From a bacterium (lineage in GTDB: Bacteria; Zhuqueibacterota; Zhuqueibacteria; Zhuqueibacterales; Zhuqueibacteraceae): a stretch of 64,000 nt of DNA. The position numbers and the translations under genes are program-made. The stretch lies in assembly GCA_044869275.1 (NCBI GenBank), contig JBIOXB010000048.1:1-64000 (forward strand). The letters are read 5' to 3'. The notes beneath the pieces are model-generated. The model ran no database searches. It was given only the letters and a program-made list of their open reading frames with translations, and was not told the DNA's origin. Shown here in pieces: positions 30,082 to 40,829 of the stretch; the first letter of the stretch is position 1; every line of letters begins with the position of its first letter.

Positions 30082-30346
30082 GCTGTGGTAAGGTATTTTT
30101 TGAAAGCATAGAGCCGGGATGATCAGTTTCTCTGGCGCATCACCTCCTGACCGACAAGGCCAGACCCTCGAACAAAAGAATCTCGAGTCACTTTAGATTT
30201 TGAAAAAGAAGGGTCAGTGTAGTCATTGAGCTTTCACCTGCACATGAGGTTCGTCAGGCCAAGTGATCTACGAACGATCTGGACCGCAAAAATTCTGTTT
30301 GGAGAGCAGCATCCCAAACGGCAGATGCGCGAAGGCGGGTAAAACT

Positions 30347-30371
30347 AAAAATGCCGTGACTCGTCACGGCA
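30347..30371 (-). terminator. Terminator downstream of tRNA-Val
   Basis: TGCCGTGAC-NN-GTCACGGCA stem followed by a T run on the minus strand. Confidence 0.65.
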
Positions 30372-30377
30372 CACGCG

Positions 30378-30451
30378 TGGGCGATAGTGGGATCGAACCA
30401 CCGACCTCTGGTATGTGAGACCAGCGCTCTAACCAGCTGAGCTAATCGCCC
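30378..30451 (-). tRNA. tRNA-Val (anticodon CAC); 3' CCA not encoded
   Basis: GGGCGATTAGCTCAGCTGGTTAGAGCG CTGGT-CTCACAT-ACCAG AGGTCGGTGGTTCGATCCCACTATCGCCCA folds as a cloverleaf. Confidence 0.95.
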
Positions 30452-30563
30452 TTGTGAATTTGCCGGAAGTTTTTATCTTCAAACACGGCCCGGGAGCTGA
30501 TAGGCAATTTCGATGCATCGATTTTAACAATTGAGGAAGCAAAAGTCAAGGAATTTTACCGCC

Positions 30564-31529
30564 ATGATTTTGACGTGCGAAGACATTCGAGCGGCGGCGA
30601 AGCGCTTGCAGGGCGTGGCGCATCGCACACCGGTGTTGACTTCTTCTTATTTGAATCACCGCACCCGGAACCGGCTCTACTTCAAATGCGAGAATTTCCA
30701 GCGCGTGGGCGCCTTCAAGTTTCGCGGGGCATACCATGCCATCTCACAACTGCAGGAAGCAGAGCGCCGGCGCGGAGTGGTGGCATTCTCTTCCGGCAAC
30801 CACGCGCAGGGCGTGGCTTTGGCGGCCTCGCTGTTGCACGTTTCCGCCAAAATCGTCATGCCCCTCGATGCACCACCGGCGAAATTGCAAGCGACGAATT
30901 CCTATGGCGCGGAAGTGGTCTTGTACGATCGCTATCAACAGGATCGCGCCGCCATCGCCGCAGAGATTCAGAAAAATGAGCAACGCGTGCTGATTCCGCC
31001 ATTCGATCACCGCGACGTCATTGCCGGGCAGGGAACGGTGGCGTTGGAATTCTACGAGCAAGTGCCGCAGCTCGAAATCTTGCTCGCGCCGGTGGGCGGC
31101 GGCGGCTTGATTTCCGGCTGTGCACTGGCGCTGCATCATCTTTCACCGCAGGCCGAAATCTACGGCGTCGAAGCGGAAGTGGCCAACGACACTTTTCTAT
31201 CACTGCAAAAGGGCGAGCGCGTGACCATTCCGGTGCCTCCCACCATCGCCGACGGCATGCAAGTCACCAGCCCGGGCGAGATGACGTTCGCCCTCATGCG
31301 CGAGCACCTCGCCGGGGTGTTGCTGGTTTCCGAAGCAGAAATCAAAAACGCAATGCTGCTGGTTTTGGAACGCATGAAGATTCTGATCGAACCGACGGCC
31401 GCGGTGCCGGTGGCGGCCGCGCTCAAGAATGAAAAGAGCTGGAAAGATCGTCATATCGGTGTCGTTTTGAGCGGCGGGAATGTGGGATGGGATAAATTGA
31501 AGTTATGCTTGGAGGAGAAATGGGCTTAG
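30564..31529 (+). CDS. PLP-dependent threonine/serine dehydratase family (hydroxyaspartate ammonia-lyase/serine racemase-like)
   Basis: FKCENFQRVGAFKFRGA, SSGNHAQ, GGGGL and SGGN; no ACT domain. Confidence 0.88.
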   Translation: MILTCEDIRAAAKRLQGVAHRTPVLTSSYLNHRTRNRLYFKCENFQRVGAFKFRGAYHAISQLQEAERRRGVVAFSSGNHAQGVALAASLLHVSAKIVMPLDAPPAKLQATNSYGAEVVLYDRYQQDRAAIAAEIQKNEQRVLIPPFDHRDVIAGQGTVALEFYEQVPQLEILLAPVGGGGLISGCALALHHLSPQAEIYGVEAEVANDTFLSLQKGERVTIPVPPTIADGMQVTSPGEMTFALMREHLAGVLLVSEAEIKNAMLLVLERMKILIEPTAAVPVAAALKNEKSWKDRHIGVVLSGGNVGWDKLKLCLEEKWA

Positions 31530-31694
31530 AGGCAAAGATCTGTCCGTGAGAGATGCCATCCGAGAGCGTTTAGGGGAAATCCAGAGCATTGAAAGTGAAT
31601 TGGCGCGACTGCAAGGCAACAAGATAAACCTCGAAAGTAATGCCGCACCTGTTGAGGAACTGGACAAATTATTTCAGCAAGCGCTTACCGAGGT

Positions 31695-32726
31695 ATGGCG
31701 ATAAGAAGAAATTTGCGAAGAAAATTTGGGCACTTGATCGACAGCCTGGCGTGGCTTGGCATGCACACCATCGCGCGGCGGCAGGAAGGCAGGGTTCGGC
31801 CTTTTTTTCCAGCATACATTCAAGGCTTGCCCTCCGATCCGGCATTTTTGTTTCCAATGCCCACCGCGCCAAATCAGGCCGAAATCAAATATACGCCATG
31901 GCAAAGCAAAAGTCGACATTGGCGGCGCGATTTTTCTTTTCCTTCCGCGCGACCTACACCTCATTCGGAAAACAATGCGGTCTTCGTGCGCACCTTTGCC
32001 TCTCAAAGAGGCGGGCACGAGCCGGCCATGATCATGCTGCACGGTTTGATGAACGTCTCTTTGATCGCTTACCGCCCGTTTATCCATGCGGTGCTGGCGT
32101 GTGGGGCCTGCGCCTATGCTATCGAATTGCCCTATCACCACCGCCGCACACCGGCCGGCTCGATCTCCGGCGATCTGTTTCACACGGCGAATCTGGAAAT
32201 GACGCTGCACGCCGTGCAACAAGCGGTGAGCGACACGCGCCGGCTGATCGTGTGGCTGCGCCAGTCCGGTACGCGGCACATCGGCATTTTGGGTTTCAGT
32301 TTGGGTGCCTGGATCGGCGGGCTGGTGGCCTGCTGTGAGCCGGGGCTGGATTTCGCCTTCTTGGGCATGCCACCGAATCATTTGAACCATCTCGTCTGGC
32401 ATACCGCGCTCGGCGCGCAACTGTGCCGCCGCTTCGCGGCGCAGGGTTGGGAAGAAAAATTCACGTCGTCATTTTATGACCAGCTCGATCCCAAAACCTA
32501 TTCGCCCCTGTTGCCGCCGGAAAATCTGCACCTCTACGCGGCGGAATTTGACTCGCTGATCGCGCTGGAGCATGTGCACGCGCTGCGCCGGGCGTGGGCG
32601 ATGCCGGCTTTGCGCATTTATCCGCACGGCCATCTATCGATAATGCTTTCGCGGCAATTGCATCGCGACTTTCGCGAGGATCTCCGGCGGCAATTGGCCA
32701 CTTGCCGCGCGTTTTCGGTCTCGTGA
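31695..32726 (+). CDS. Alpha/beta hydrolase (ABHD18-like)
   Basis: LHG, LPYHHRR, GFSLG nucleophile elbow, D and GH. Confidence 0.78.
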   Translation: MAIRRNLRRKFGHLIDSLAWLGMHTIARRQEGRVRPFFPAYIQGLPSDPAFLFPMPTAPNQAEIKYTPWQSKSRHWRRDFSFPSARPTPHSENNAVFVRTFASQRGGHEPAMIMLHGLMNVSLIAYRPFIHAVLACGACAYAIELPYHHRRTPAGSISGDLFHTANLEMTLHAVQQAVSDTRRLIVWLRQSGTRHIGILGFSLGAWIGGLVACCEPGLDFAFLGMPPNHLNHLVWHTALGAQLCRRFAAQGWEEKFTSSFYDQLDPKTYSPLLPPENLHLYAAEFDSLIALEHVHALRRAWAMPALRIYPHGHLSIMLSRQLHRDFREDLRRQLATCRAFSVS

Positions 32727-32740
32727 ACGCCAGGGCGAGT

Positions 32741-33109
32741 TCACCTGCCGCTCTTCATCTCCAGTGATTCTGGCATGCGCTCCTTCTCTTCGCGTTTTTC
32801 GAGAATCGCGGAAACGATCAGGGCCATGCCGACGAAAATCGGCACGAGAGCCAGCGCGATCTCTGCGCCGAAAGGAGAGCGCACGAATTCTTCAAAAACC
32901 TGCGCCATGAAAATGGCCAGACCCAGCGCGATCGCGACCAGGCCGTACTTGATGCTGTTGAGCGAGCGGTTGCCGGTGCTGGAGAATTCCAGTTTGCTCA
33001 CGCCTTTGTCGATCATACTCATGCGCTGGCGATGCTGCAGGATCTGCACCACAATAAACGCCACCGCGGCGAAAAAGCTGATCGGGATCAAGATTTCAAC
33101 ATGCGACAT
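32741..33109 (-). CDS. Small 3-TM membrane protein (DUF6249-like), divergent from the ECF sigma gene
   Basis: RMSMIDKG...IKYGLVAIALGLA; GGAGG RBS. Confidence 0.65.
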   Translation of the reverse strand: MSHVEILIPISFFAAVAFIVVQILQHRQRMSMIDKGVSKLEFSSTGNRSLNSIKYGLVAIALGLAIFMAQVFEEFVRSPFGAEIALALVPIFVGMALIVSAILEKREEKERMPESLEMKSGR

Positions 33110-33319
33110 AATATCCTCCGTTGATGAGAGATTGCGCTGCGCTTTGGAGATATCCGAGAGTTGTACGGCGCGCGCCGTCAGGCATGCGCTGTTCTCATAA
33201 CGTATTGATCGGGGATTTGCTCAAAATGTTTCACCGCCCCAGAAATATTCCGGTTTGCGAAACATTTTGCCGGTGCGGCGGGTCATAACGATTGTCACCC
33301 AATCGTGGAATTCCGTCTG

Positions 33320-33883
33320 ATGGAACCTGATCACAAATTGGTTGCACGCGTTTGCAGCGGCGAACGCGAGGCGTTTGCGCAGCTGGTAGAGCGCTATCGC
33401 GCGCGCATTTTTCACACGACTCTGCGCATGCTGAAAAATCGCGAAGAGGCGGAGGAGGCGGCGCAGGATACCTTTTTGCGCGCTTATCGCGGCCTGCCCA
33501 ATTTTCGCGAGGAGGCCAGCTTTTCCACCTGGGTTTACAAGATTTGCTATAATGTTTGTTTGAGTTATCTCGAGCGCAAGAAAATCAGAGCTACGGTTTC
33601 CGAAGAAGAATTGCTCGATCTGCCCGCTGCCGAGACACCGGAAAAACTGTTTGAGAATCGCGAATTCGAAGAACTCGTGAGCCACGCGCTGGCGGCTTTG
33701 CCCGTCGTTTATCGCAGTGTGCTGGTGCTGTATCACACGCAGCATCTGAGCTATCAGGAAATCGCGGAAATTACCGGGCAGCCCATCAACAGTGTGAAAA
33801 CCCATCTTTTTCGCGGGCGGGCGCTGCTGCGACAACACATTCTAAGCGTGCAGCCGCAGGAGGAGTGGATGTCAATGGTTTGA
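33320..33883 (+). CDS. ECF sigma-70 factor (SigW/RpoE-like)
   Basis: AEEAAQDTFL, FSTWVYKI and LSYQEIAEITG..INSVKTHLFRGR. Confidence 0.92.
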   Translation: MEPDHKLVARVCSGEREAFAQLVERYRARIFHTTLRMLKNREEAEEAAQDTFLRAYRGLPNFREEASFSTWVYKICYNVCLSYLERKKIRATVSEEELLDLPAAETPEKLFENREFEELVSHALAALPVVYRSVLVLYHTQHLSYQEIAEITGQPINSVKTHLFRGRALLRQHILSVQPQEEWMSMV

Positions 33884-33942
33884 TTGCAGAGTGCTGCTTT
33901 GAGTTTTTCAACAAGCTGTTCAGTTCAACCATGGTTTTCCTC

Positions 33943-34494
33943 ATGAACTGCCAAGCCTTTCGCAAATTTTTGGATGAATCCGAGAGCGCCGCCCGCGTAC
34001 AGGATTTGCCATTGCCGTTGCAGGAGCATCTGCACGGGTGTTTTTTGTGCCAAAGAGAATGGCAGCTCCATCAACGCCTGTTTGACGCCTTGGCACACGA
34101 GCCCGATTATCCCCCAGCTCAGGCCTTTGTGGCGGCGGTGATGGCCAGGCTGCCGGCCGCGCCGTTTAAGAAGCGCCGGTTTGATTTCGATACGCTGCTC
34201 ATGCTGGCGTTGGTTCCGGCGGCGTTCACGGCCTTGTGGTATTTGAGCCGGGCGTTCTGGCCGCGCCTGATCTCGCGGGAAACACTGGAAACGTTTTATG
34301 GCTTGATCGAAAAAATTGGGCGGGATTTTCTGCGCATCACGTTCGGGAAGATGCAGGAGATGATGATTCACACCTTTGGTCAGGACATGGTGGCGCAGGT
34401 GGGGCAGGTGATTTTCATCTCGGCGGTGACTTTTTTGGTGGCCAAGAGCGCGGTGTTGCTCGAGAGCCGCATCCGCCGCAGGTTAAACGGATGA
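33943..34494 (+). CDS. Zinc-binding (ZAS) anti-sigma factor, membrane anchored
   Basis: MNC...HLHGCFLC (HxxxCxxC) plus TM helices; directly after the ECF gene. Confidence 0.8.
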   Translation: MNCQAFRKFLDESESAARVQDLPLPLQEHLHGCFLCQREWQLHQRLFDALAHEPDYPPAQAFVAAVMARLPAAPFKKRRFDFDTLLMLALVPAAFTALWYLSRAFWPRLISRETLETFYGLIEKIGRDFLRITFGKMQEMMIHTFGQDMVAQVGQVIFISAVTFLVAKSAVLLESRIRRRLNG

Positions 34495-34510
34495 AAGCAC
34501 CGCATCCCTC

Positions 34511-35299
34511 TCAAAGTCCCCCATACGCCCCCCCGTCAACCAGAAACGTGCTGCCGGTAATATAACTCGCACGCTTGCTGGCGAGAAATGCCACGAGGGA
34601 AGCCACTTCTTCGGGCCGGCCCATTCTGCCTAACGGAATGCTGCGCTCTAAGCGCTCGACGGCTTCCTGCAGGGTGATGCCTTCGCGCTTGGCCTGCGCT
34701 TGCATGATGACGTTGACGCGGTCGGTAAGCGTCCAGCCGGTGCCGACGCTGTTCACGGTGATGTTGCTGGGCGCCAATTCCAGCGCCAGCGATTTGGCGA
34801 GGCCGCTCACCGCGCTGCGCAGGGCGTTGGGAATGACCATGCCGTCGATGGGTTGTTTGACCGCGATGGAAGTAATGTGAATGATGCGCCCCCATTTTTG
34901 TTTTTTCATGTAAGGGATGGCGGCGCGGCAGAGATGGATCACGCTCATCAACACCAGCTCGATGCCCTGCCGCCAATGCTGGTCTTCCACTTCGGGAAAT
35001 TTTCCGGGCGCGGGCCCGCTGGCGTTCGTGACCAGGATGTCCAGCCCGCCGAATTTTTTCACGCAACTCTGCGTAACGCGCGCGACGTCTTCGGGCCTTG
35101 CCACGTCTGCGACTTCATATTCGACCTTGCCTCCGCCCAGCGCGCGGATGGCATCTGCCGCTTGTTCGAGCGCCACCACGCCGCGTGCGCACAGCATCAC
35201 GTTCACTTCTTCTTGCACCAAAGCTTCGGCGGCGGCGCGGCCGAGGCCCTTGCTCGACGCCGTTACCAGCGCGGTTTTGCCGCTAATGTCAAGATCCAA
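34511..35299 (-). CDS. SDR family oxidoreductase (atypical, 3-oxoacyl-ACP reductase-like)
   Basis: VTASSKGLG, IPLGRMGRPEE and YITGSTFLVDGG; lacks a canonical YxxxK. Confidence 0.85.
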   Translation of the reverse strand: MDLDISGKTALVTASSKGLGRAAAEALVQEEVNVMLCARGVVALEQAADAIRALGGGKVEYEVADVARPEDVARVTQSCVKKFGGLDILVTNASGPAPGKFPEVEDQHWRQGIELVLMSVIHLCRAAIPYMKKQKWGRIIHITSIAVKQPIDGMVIPNALRSAVSGLAKSLALELAPSNITVNSVGTGWTLTDRVNVIMQAQAKREGITLQEAVERLERSIPLGRMGRPEEVASLVAFLASKRASYITGSTFLVDGGAYGGL

Positions 35300-35404
35300 T
35301 TGCCCACCTCTCTGTACCCGTTGCGTGGATGCTTTTCCTGCTTTCCGGTGAAACGCTTCCTCTCCTTTCGGGAAGCGCTACCCCCTGCAAAAAAGCCGCG
35401 TGAA

Positions 35405-35863
35405 TTATTTGATTTCCGGACCCGCGCTCCAGTCATAGCCGATCATTTTGTCGTCGTGCGGAAGGCGTCCTTCTTCGGCAGGGTCATAAATCTTTGAAGT
35501 AATGTAAAACAAATGAGTCGCGCCGCTCAATGCTTTGCAGCCATGCGCCACGCCCGCGGGAATCTTGACGATCTGCGCCGGATAGTTCTCCCCTAAAAAG
35601 ATCGTCTGCAATTTTCCCGCTGTCGGAGAATCGCGGCGTTTGTCGTACAACGCCACTTTGAGATTGCCGACAGGCACGTACCACCAATCGATTTGCGTCG
35701 GGTGAATGTGCCAGGCCTTGGCCACGCCGGCGTACATCAGCGAGTGGCTCCACTGTGCAAAGCCTTCTTTGAAAAACTCGTCCGTGTTGCGAATCAGTTC
35801 ACGAAAAAAACCACGTTCATCGGCGTGCGTCGTGAGCGCTTTCACTCTTACGCCTTCAATCAT
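35405..35863 (-). CDS. dTDP-4-dehydrorhamnose 3,5-epimerase family cupin (RmlC-like)
   Basis: DERGFFRE, KAWHIH, DSPT and IPAGVAHG. Confidence 0.82.
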   Translation of the reverse strand: MIEGVRVKALTTHADERGFFRELIRNTDEFFKEGFAQWSHSLMYAGVAKAWHIHPTQIDWWYVPVGNLKVALYDKRRDSPTAGKLQTIFLGENYPAQIVKIPAGVAHGCKALSGATHLFYITSKIYDPAEEGRLPHDDKMIGYDWSAGPEIK

Positions 35864-35932
35864 GCAAAGCCTTGCCGGTTTGGAATTGGGAGGTGCGCTG
35901 TTTAAACAATTTCGGACGGGAAATGTAGAGAA

Positions 35933-38125
35933 TCAACGTGCGGGAAGCAACCGTTTTTTTGCGGCAGGTGCGTGCAACGAAAAGTCGAGCGTGCGGTCCG
36001 CGCTCTGGTGCGTGCTTAAATCGGTGATGGTAATGGTCAGACGATATTCTCCCGGTTCCGCGCCGGTCAGCTCGAGGGCATGATACAGCTTTTCCTCCGG
36101 CGCCGTGCCCCGTGTTTCAAAAGAAGAAGCAATCACGGCTGGCTTGGCGCCCGCGCCAAACCAACGGCCCAGCGTTTTGAAGGCGCCGGCGAAGAGGTCG
36201 CGCTGCTCCACCACCGGCGCGACTTTATTTTCCACGCGAAAATACGTTCCGCCGGCTTCAGCCGTAGCGAGATTGTACACTTCGTAGTAAACATAGATCG
36301 GTGCGCCTACCTCAAATGCGCGCGACAGGCTGGGAATAACGCTGACCTCACCTTTTTGATAAAGCACCAGTCCGGGCTGCGCCTCTGTGACCTGCCGGGC
36401 GAGCAAGACACTGCTCATTTGCAGCGCCCCGGCCGAAAACCGCTCGACGGTAATGGCCTGGCGTTCGCTGCCGGAGCGCCCCGAGCCCGGCTCTTTGGCT
36501 TCCAGTACCAGATTGAATTCGCCGGGAGGCGCGCGCATCGTCCAACGCTCGATCAATAAAGCCTCGTCTTCGCCGGTATTTTTGAAGCGCAGGCGGCGCT
36601 GCTCGCGGCGCTGCACGATCGGCTTCCAATTCGCGTCGCATAAAAACAGGCCGCGCTGCAACGCGAAAGCGCTCACCGTATCTGGGAGGAAGCGGGTCTC
36701 GAGATCCGAAGCGTGCAAGCCGTAATAGATCTCCAGCAGCGTGCTGTCTGCCGCCCCGCCGCTGGCCGCGGGCGCGCGAAACTGCGCGATCACGTGCGGC
36801 AGCTCGAGAGGCCGGCCCCCGCCGTGTGGAAAATAGAAGCGCTCGGGCTCTTTTTCAATTTTGGTCTCAAAGAGGTTTTTGCCGTCGAGATTGGGATCGA
36901 AGCTCCACGCGAACACGTAGTTCTGGCTCATGGCGCGGTCTTCGTAGAGCATGTAGAAATCGCCGTAATCCCACATTTCTTTCGAGGCCAGAAACGTCAC
37001 GTGCCCAGAGGGCGATGTGCCCAGGTCCGCGGGCGTGCGCGTGCGGCTGCGCGGAAATCCGAAACGGATCAGCGTCTGGCCGCGGTCACTCTTCCAGCCT
37101 GCCACGCCTTTCAGCGGCTGGCTGAAGCGCAAATTGGCATAGGCGATCCGGCTGAAATGTTCCATCAGCCGTTCGTTCACCGTGGTGAGAAAAAGCGGAT
37201 CGCGCGCCTGCCAGAAACGCGCCGCCATCTGTGCGCGCCCTTCTGTTTTTTGTTTCATATACACGCGCAAGGAATCCGGCGCGAGCACCGTGGCAAGCGA
37301 ATAGAACAATTCGCGCTCGACGAGCGACATTTGCGCAAAGGCCCCGTCGTAGGCCTGCTGCGCTTGCTCCATTTGGGACAAGCGCGTGTAGGCCAATCCT
37401 TGCAGCAATAAAAGATCGACCAGGCTCGGCTGCGGCAGGAAGTTGTTTTCCTCCGGGCCGGCCGGGCGATCGGCGTTGATGGTGAGCGCATCACGCAACA
37501 AATCAGACATTTCTTGAAAACGCTCCGCTTCGAAATACAAGCCTGCGAGCCGGTAATACGCGCCCAGCAACAGAGGATCGAGCGCGATCGCCGTGCGCAG
37601 CAGGCGCTCGGCTTCAAGGTAATCTTCCACCGCAAAGGAGTAAAACGAAATGGCGGCGTTTTCATGAAAGCTCACTTTGTCACGGTTGCGCAGCATCTCC
37701 TCTTCGGCAAAGAGCGCGAGCTGATAGTAGGGCCGGCCCTCGGCGGGATTCAATCGCATGATCTTTTTCAATTCACGCCGTGCGCAACCGAGAAAATCGC
37801 GTTGTACGTGAAGCTGGGCGAGAGCATAGCGGAAGGTGGTATTGCGCGGCTCCAAAGTAACGGCGCGCTCCAAAGCTTCCAGCGCGTGCCTGCGGCCCTC
37901 GAGCGTGCCCTTTGCAGCCCACGCCAGGCCGAGTTGATGATAACCTTCGGCGTTGCGGCGGTCCCAGCGCGTCACTTGGTCGAGTTTCTCGATAACCCTG
38001 GCGAGTGGCATGGAATCGCGTGCGGCCAGGGTTTCGCGCAAGAGCTGCTGCGCCATGGCGCTTTTGGACGCTTGCCCGTCGCCGGATGAAATCGCGAGGG
38101 TGGCAATTGTCAGCAGGGCGATCAT
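35933..38125 (-). CDS. TPR plus GWxTD-domain exported protein
   Basis: N-terminal TPRs; FWQARDP...NE..EHFSRIAYAN..F..GWKSDRG...RFG.P. Confidence 0.85.
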   Translation of the reverse strand: MIALLTIATLAISSGDGQASKSAMAQQLLRETLAARDSMPLARVIEKLDQVTRWDRRNAEGYHQLGLAWAAKGTLEGRRHALEALERAVTLEPRNTTFRYALAQLHVQRDFLGCARRELKKIMRLNPAEGRPYYQLALFAEEEMLRNRDKVSFHENAAISFYSFAVEDYLEAERLLRTAIALDPLLLGAYYRLAGLYFEAERFQEMSDLLRDALTINADRPAGPEENNFLPQPSLVDLLLLQGLAYTRLSQMEQAQQAYDGAFAQMSLVERELFYSLATVLAPDSLRVYMKQKTEGRAQMAARFWQARDPLFLTTVNERLMEHFSRIAYANLRFSQPLKGVAGWKSDRGQTLIRFGFPRSRTRTPADLGTSPSGHVTFLASKEMWDYGDFYMLYEDRAMSQNYVFAWSFDPNLDGKNLFETKIEKEPERFYFPHGGGRPLELPHVIAQFRAPAASGGAADSTLLEIYYGLHASDLETRFLPDTVSAFALQRGLFLCDANWKPIVQRREQRRLRFKNTGEDEALLIERWTMRAPPGEFNLVLEAKEPGSGRSGSERQAITVERFSAGALQMSSVLLARQVTEAQPGLVLYQKGEVSVIPSLSRAFEVGAPIYVYYEVYNLATAEAGGTYFRVENKVAPVVEQRDLFAGAFKTLGRWFGAGAKPAVIASSFETRGTAPEEKLYHALELTGAEPGEYRLTITITDLSTHQSADRTLDFSLHAPAAKKRLLPAR

Positions 38126-38275
38126 GGGGGGAAATTAAGAAAGCAAAGTTGAAAATCAAGGCTGGCGTGACGAACATCATCAAATAGAATTTGCACAACG
38201 ACGCAATCCTAGAAGAGGCCGACCAAGCAGTATGCGCCCTCATTCTATTAATAACACCATGGCCAGCCTGCTCCT

Positions 38276-39196
38276 TTACTTCGGGCTTTGCTTCTCCAGC
38301 TCCTGCCCATAAAGATAATACCAATCTTCGTAATTGTTGAGCATATCGCGCAAGGCGTTGACCGTGGCGGGGCTGAAAGTCTTTTCGACTTTCTCCCATT
38401 TGTCGGAGAACAGGTGAGCATTTTCCGCGCGGAGATATTGCACGAATTCCAGGAACACCAGGGCAGGATTGGCCGGGCGCAGTTTGAACAGCTCGTAAAG
38501 GCTCGGGCTGGCGTCTTTATAGATCTTCTCAAATTCGCCCAGCGCCAAAAGATGCGCGGAACGGAGTTCCCGCTTGCGCACAGCCCAGGCCCGCGACTGC
38601 AGCAGGGCGTCGACCAATTGCCGCTGGCTTGGCGTCAATTGCCGGCGCTGCAAATCTCCGCTGCTCACTTCGTACAACAGCTGGCCGGCAAGGCCGCTTT
38701 CCGCAAGCAGGTCGGCGATTTCATTATAATTCAAGGCCGGGGAGGAATTGTCACGCGGCATTTCTGGCATGCGCAAGCCCACGCCTCCGCGCGCACGCAG
38801 GGTGTCGCGCGAGACGACGGACTGCAAACGCAACCCGGGGCCATATTCCCGCGGTGGAGGTGAAGGAGGGGGAGTGGTACGCATTGGCTCGGTTGTGGTC
38901 TTCGGTTCTGGGGTTTCTCCTTTCCAATATTCCACAAATTCTTGCGGTGCGAACAAGCGACCGTCTGCCATACGCACGCGCGCGAGTTGGGCGAGCGCCA
39001 TCATTTCACCGTGTTCATAAGCCTGGCGCGCCGAGGCCGCGCGAAAATAAATCTCGCCCTTCCAAACGTCATAGACCGTGGCTTTGATTTCTTCGCCGTC
39101 TTTAAGGAACAAAGTCACAGCCTCTTCCTGCGCCGAGGCCGGACGAGTGAGGATCACACCAAGCGCAATGAGAATTCGATACAAAGGGCGGGACAT
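38276..39196 (-). CDS. Exported hypothetical protein
   Basis: Signal peptide MSRPLYRILIALGVILTRPASA and a Pro-rich linker. Confidence 0.65.
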   Translation of the reverse strand: MSRPLYRILIALGVILTRPASAQEEAVTLFLKDGEEIKATVYDVWKGEIYFRAASARQAYEHGEMMALAQLARVRMADGRLFAPQEFVEYWKGETPEPKTTTEPMRTTPPPSPPPREYGPGLRLQSVVSRDTLRARGGVGLRMPEMPRDNSSPALNYNEIADLLAESGLAGQLLYEVSSGDLQRRQLTPSQRQLVDALLQSRAWAVRKRELRSAHLLALGEFEKIYKDASPSLYELFKLRPANPALVFLEFVQYLRAENAHLFSDKWEKVEKTFSPATVNALRDMLNNYEDWYYLYGQELEKQSPK

Positions 39197-39340
39197 AGTG
39201 ATGCGGTTGAGTCTAACAGCTTTCGCATTTTTGTGGTTCGTTGTCAAGGCAACCGTCGCAATCAGGAGGAATCCTTTTGGACTCGAGCAGTGGTTATTCC
39301 GAAAAAGACTCCTCCTGCTGGGACGGGCGACCACCAGAGA

Positions 39341-40711
39341 TCAGAACCGGAATGCGATGGTCGCGAGAGCTTTATTGATCCGGATTTTTTCGGAAACGGG
39401 AATGACATCGATGTCATTGCCCTGGCCGTCGCCGTAATCATACAGCGGCGCCTTGTATTCCTGCCATTCGCCCGTCATCACTGCCAGATCGAGCCGCACT
39501 TGTTTGTCCAGGAAAATGCCAAGGCCGGCGGTGAAGAACTCGTGATTGGCGTCTTGCGGCACCTCGCTGATATTGTAAAACTCTTGAAACGCTGCTTTGC
39601 TCAAAATGGTGGGATCGTAATAGTAGCCGCCGCGCACTTGCCAGTCGATGAGCGGAATCGTGAACTCCGCACCGAGATGCAGGCGCAGGGTCTCGCGATA
39701 CTGCCGCCGGATGCGATCGTTGGCCTCACTTTCCGAAAGGCCTTCGATGGGGGGCTCGGTTTTGTAACGCACGTCCGACCAATCATTGTATTCCACAGCG
39801 CCGGCCAAGAGCAAGCCGGCGAGGTTGACAGAAGCGCCCGCGCCCAGGGCAATAGGTGAGCTGATTTTATACTCGTAACGGCCACCCTCTTCATACGTGC
39901 CCTGCGCGCCGTCATCGTCATTGGTTTCTTCGTACGTGCGCCATTGTTCTTTGACCGTCAGCGTGGTGGGGGTGGCGAGCGTGACGCCCAAGCGCAACAG
40001 CGAAGAAGGATGATACATCGCCGCCAGCTTCACATTGTAGCCGGAATAATCCGATTGAATGGTGTCGTCCGAGCGGAAATCATTGAAGGTGTAAATATTG
40101 AATTGATCCTTTTCGATGAAGCTGTATTGATACTCGTTTTTTCCGGTCCAAATGTTCAGCGCGCCGCCAACGGAAAAGCTCGGGGCAATTTCACTCGCGA
40201 CTGCAACCGTCCAGTTGTTCAAGGCACCTTCTTCCACTTCGCTCCAGCGCTGGCTCACGGAGTCGCCCGGGCTGCTGTTGAACCAAGAAAACCCGAAATT
40301 GCTGTCATAGGGGTGGACGCGATTATAGCCCAAGGACAAGACCAGGCTGCCGCGATACGTGGGAATTGGATACGCGAGGCCAACGCTGTTGAAGCGGGTA
40401 TAAGTGTCTTTGTCGGTGAGCGCTGCCGCGGAGGCGGTGACCTCGTCGTTGAATTGTGTGTAGCTCAATGAGCCAAAGCCTTCGATACGACGTATTTGAG
40501 TGAGCGCGGCGGGATTCCAATACGTAGCACTATAATCGTCGCTCACACCGATATACGCGCCGCCCATGCCGAGCGCGCGCGCGCCCACTCCGAATTCAAT
40601 CCCACGCTGAAAAACTTCCTCTTGTGCTTGTGCAGCGGCGGCGGACAGTATGAACCCGAGAACGGCGGCCGAAAGGCCTTTGCGCGCGGCGGCTCCGCGA
40701 TGCTTTGTCAT
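39341..40711 (-). CDS. Outer membrane protein, OmpP1/FadL/TodX-like
   Basis: GARALGMGGA...DDYSATYWNPAAL and terminal F. Confidence 0.85.
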   Translation of the reverse strand: MTKHRGAAARKGLSAAVLGFILSAAAAQAQEEVFQRGIEFGVGARALGMGGAYIGVSDDYSATYWNPAALTQIRRIEGFGSLSYTQFNDEVTASAAALTDKDTYTRFNSVGLAYPIPTYRGSLVLSLGYNRVHPYDSNFGFSWFNSSPGDSVSQRWSEVEEGALNNWTVAVASEIAPSFSVGGALNIWTGKNEYQYSFIEKDQFNIYTFNDFRSDDTIQSDYSGYNVKLAAMYHPSSLLRLGVTLATPTTLTVKEQWRTYEETNDDDGAQGTYEEGGRYEYKISSPIALGAGASVNLAGLLLAGAVEYNDWSDVRYKTEPPIEGLSESEANDRIRRQYRETLRLHLGAEFTIPLIDWQVRGGYYYDPTILSKAAFQEFYNISEVPQDANHEFFTAGLGIFLDKQVRLDLAVMTGEWQEYKAPLYDYGDGQGNDIDVIPVSEKIRINKALATIAFRF

Positions 40712-40829
40712 GATCCTCTCCAAATCCTTTAAACGGCTTTAAAATCGTTTACCAAATTCTCCCAAATATATTCTGAATTCCGAAATCTCGAAGCTCCGGG
40801 ACTTCAGAATGACGGAAATTTCTTGACTT

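Noticed and set aside
30378..30451. tRNA as the attachment site of a prophage or ICE
   Set aside because: No integrase, phage genes or duplicated tRNA 3' end were seen in the window.
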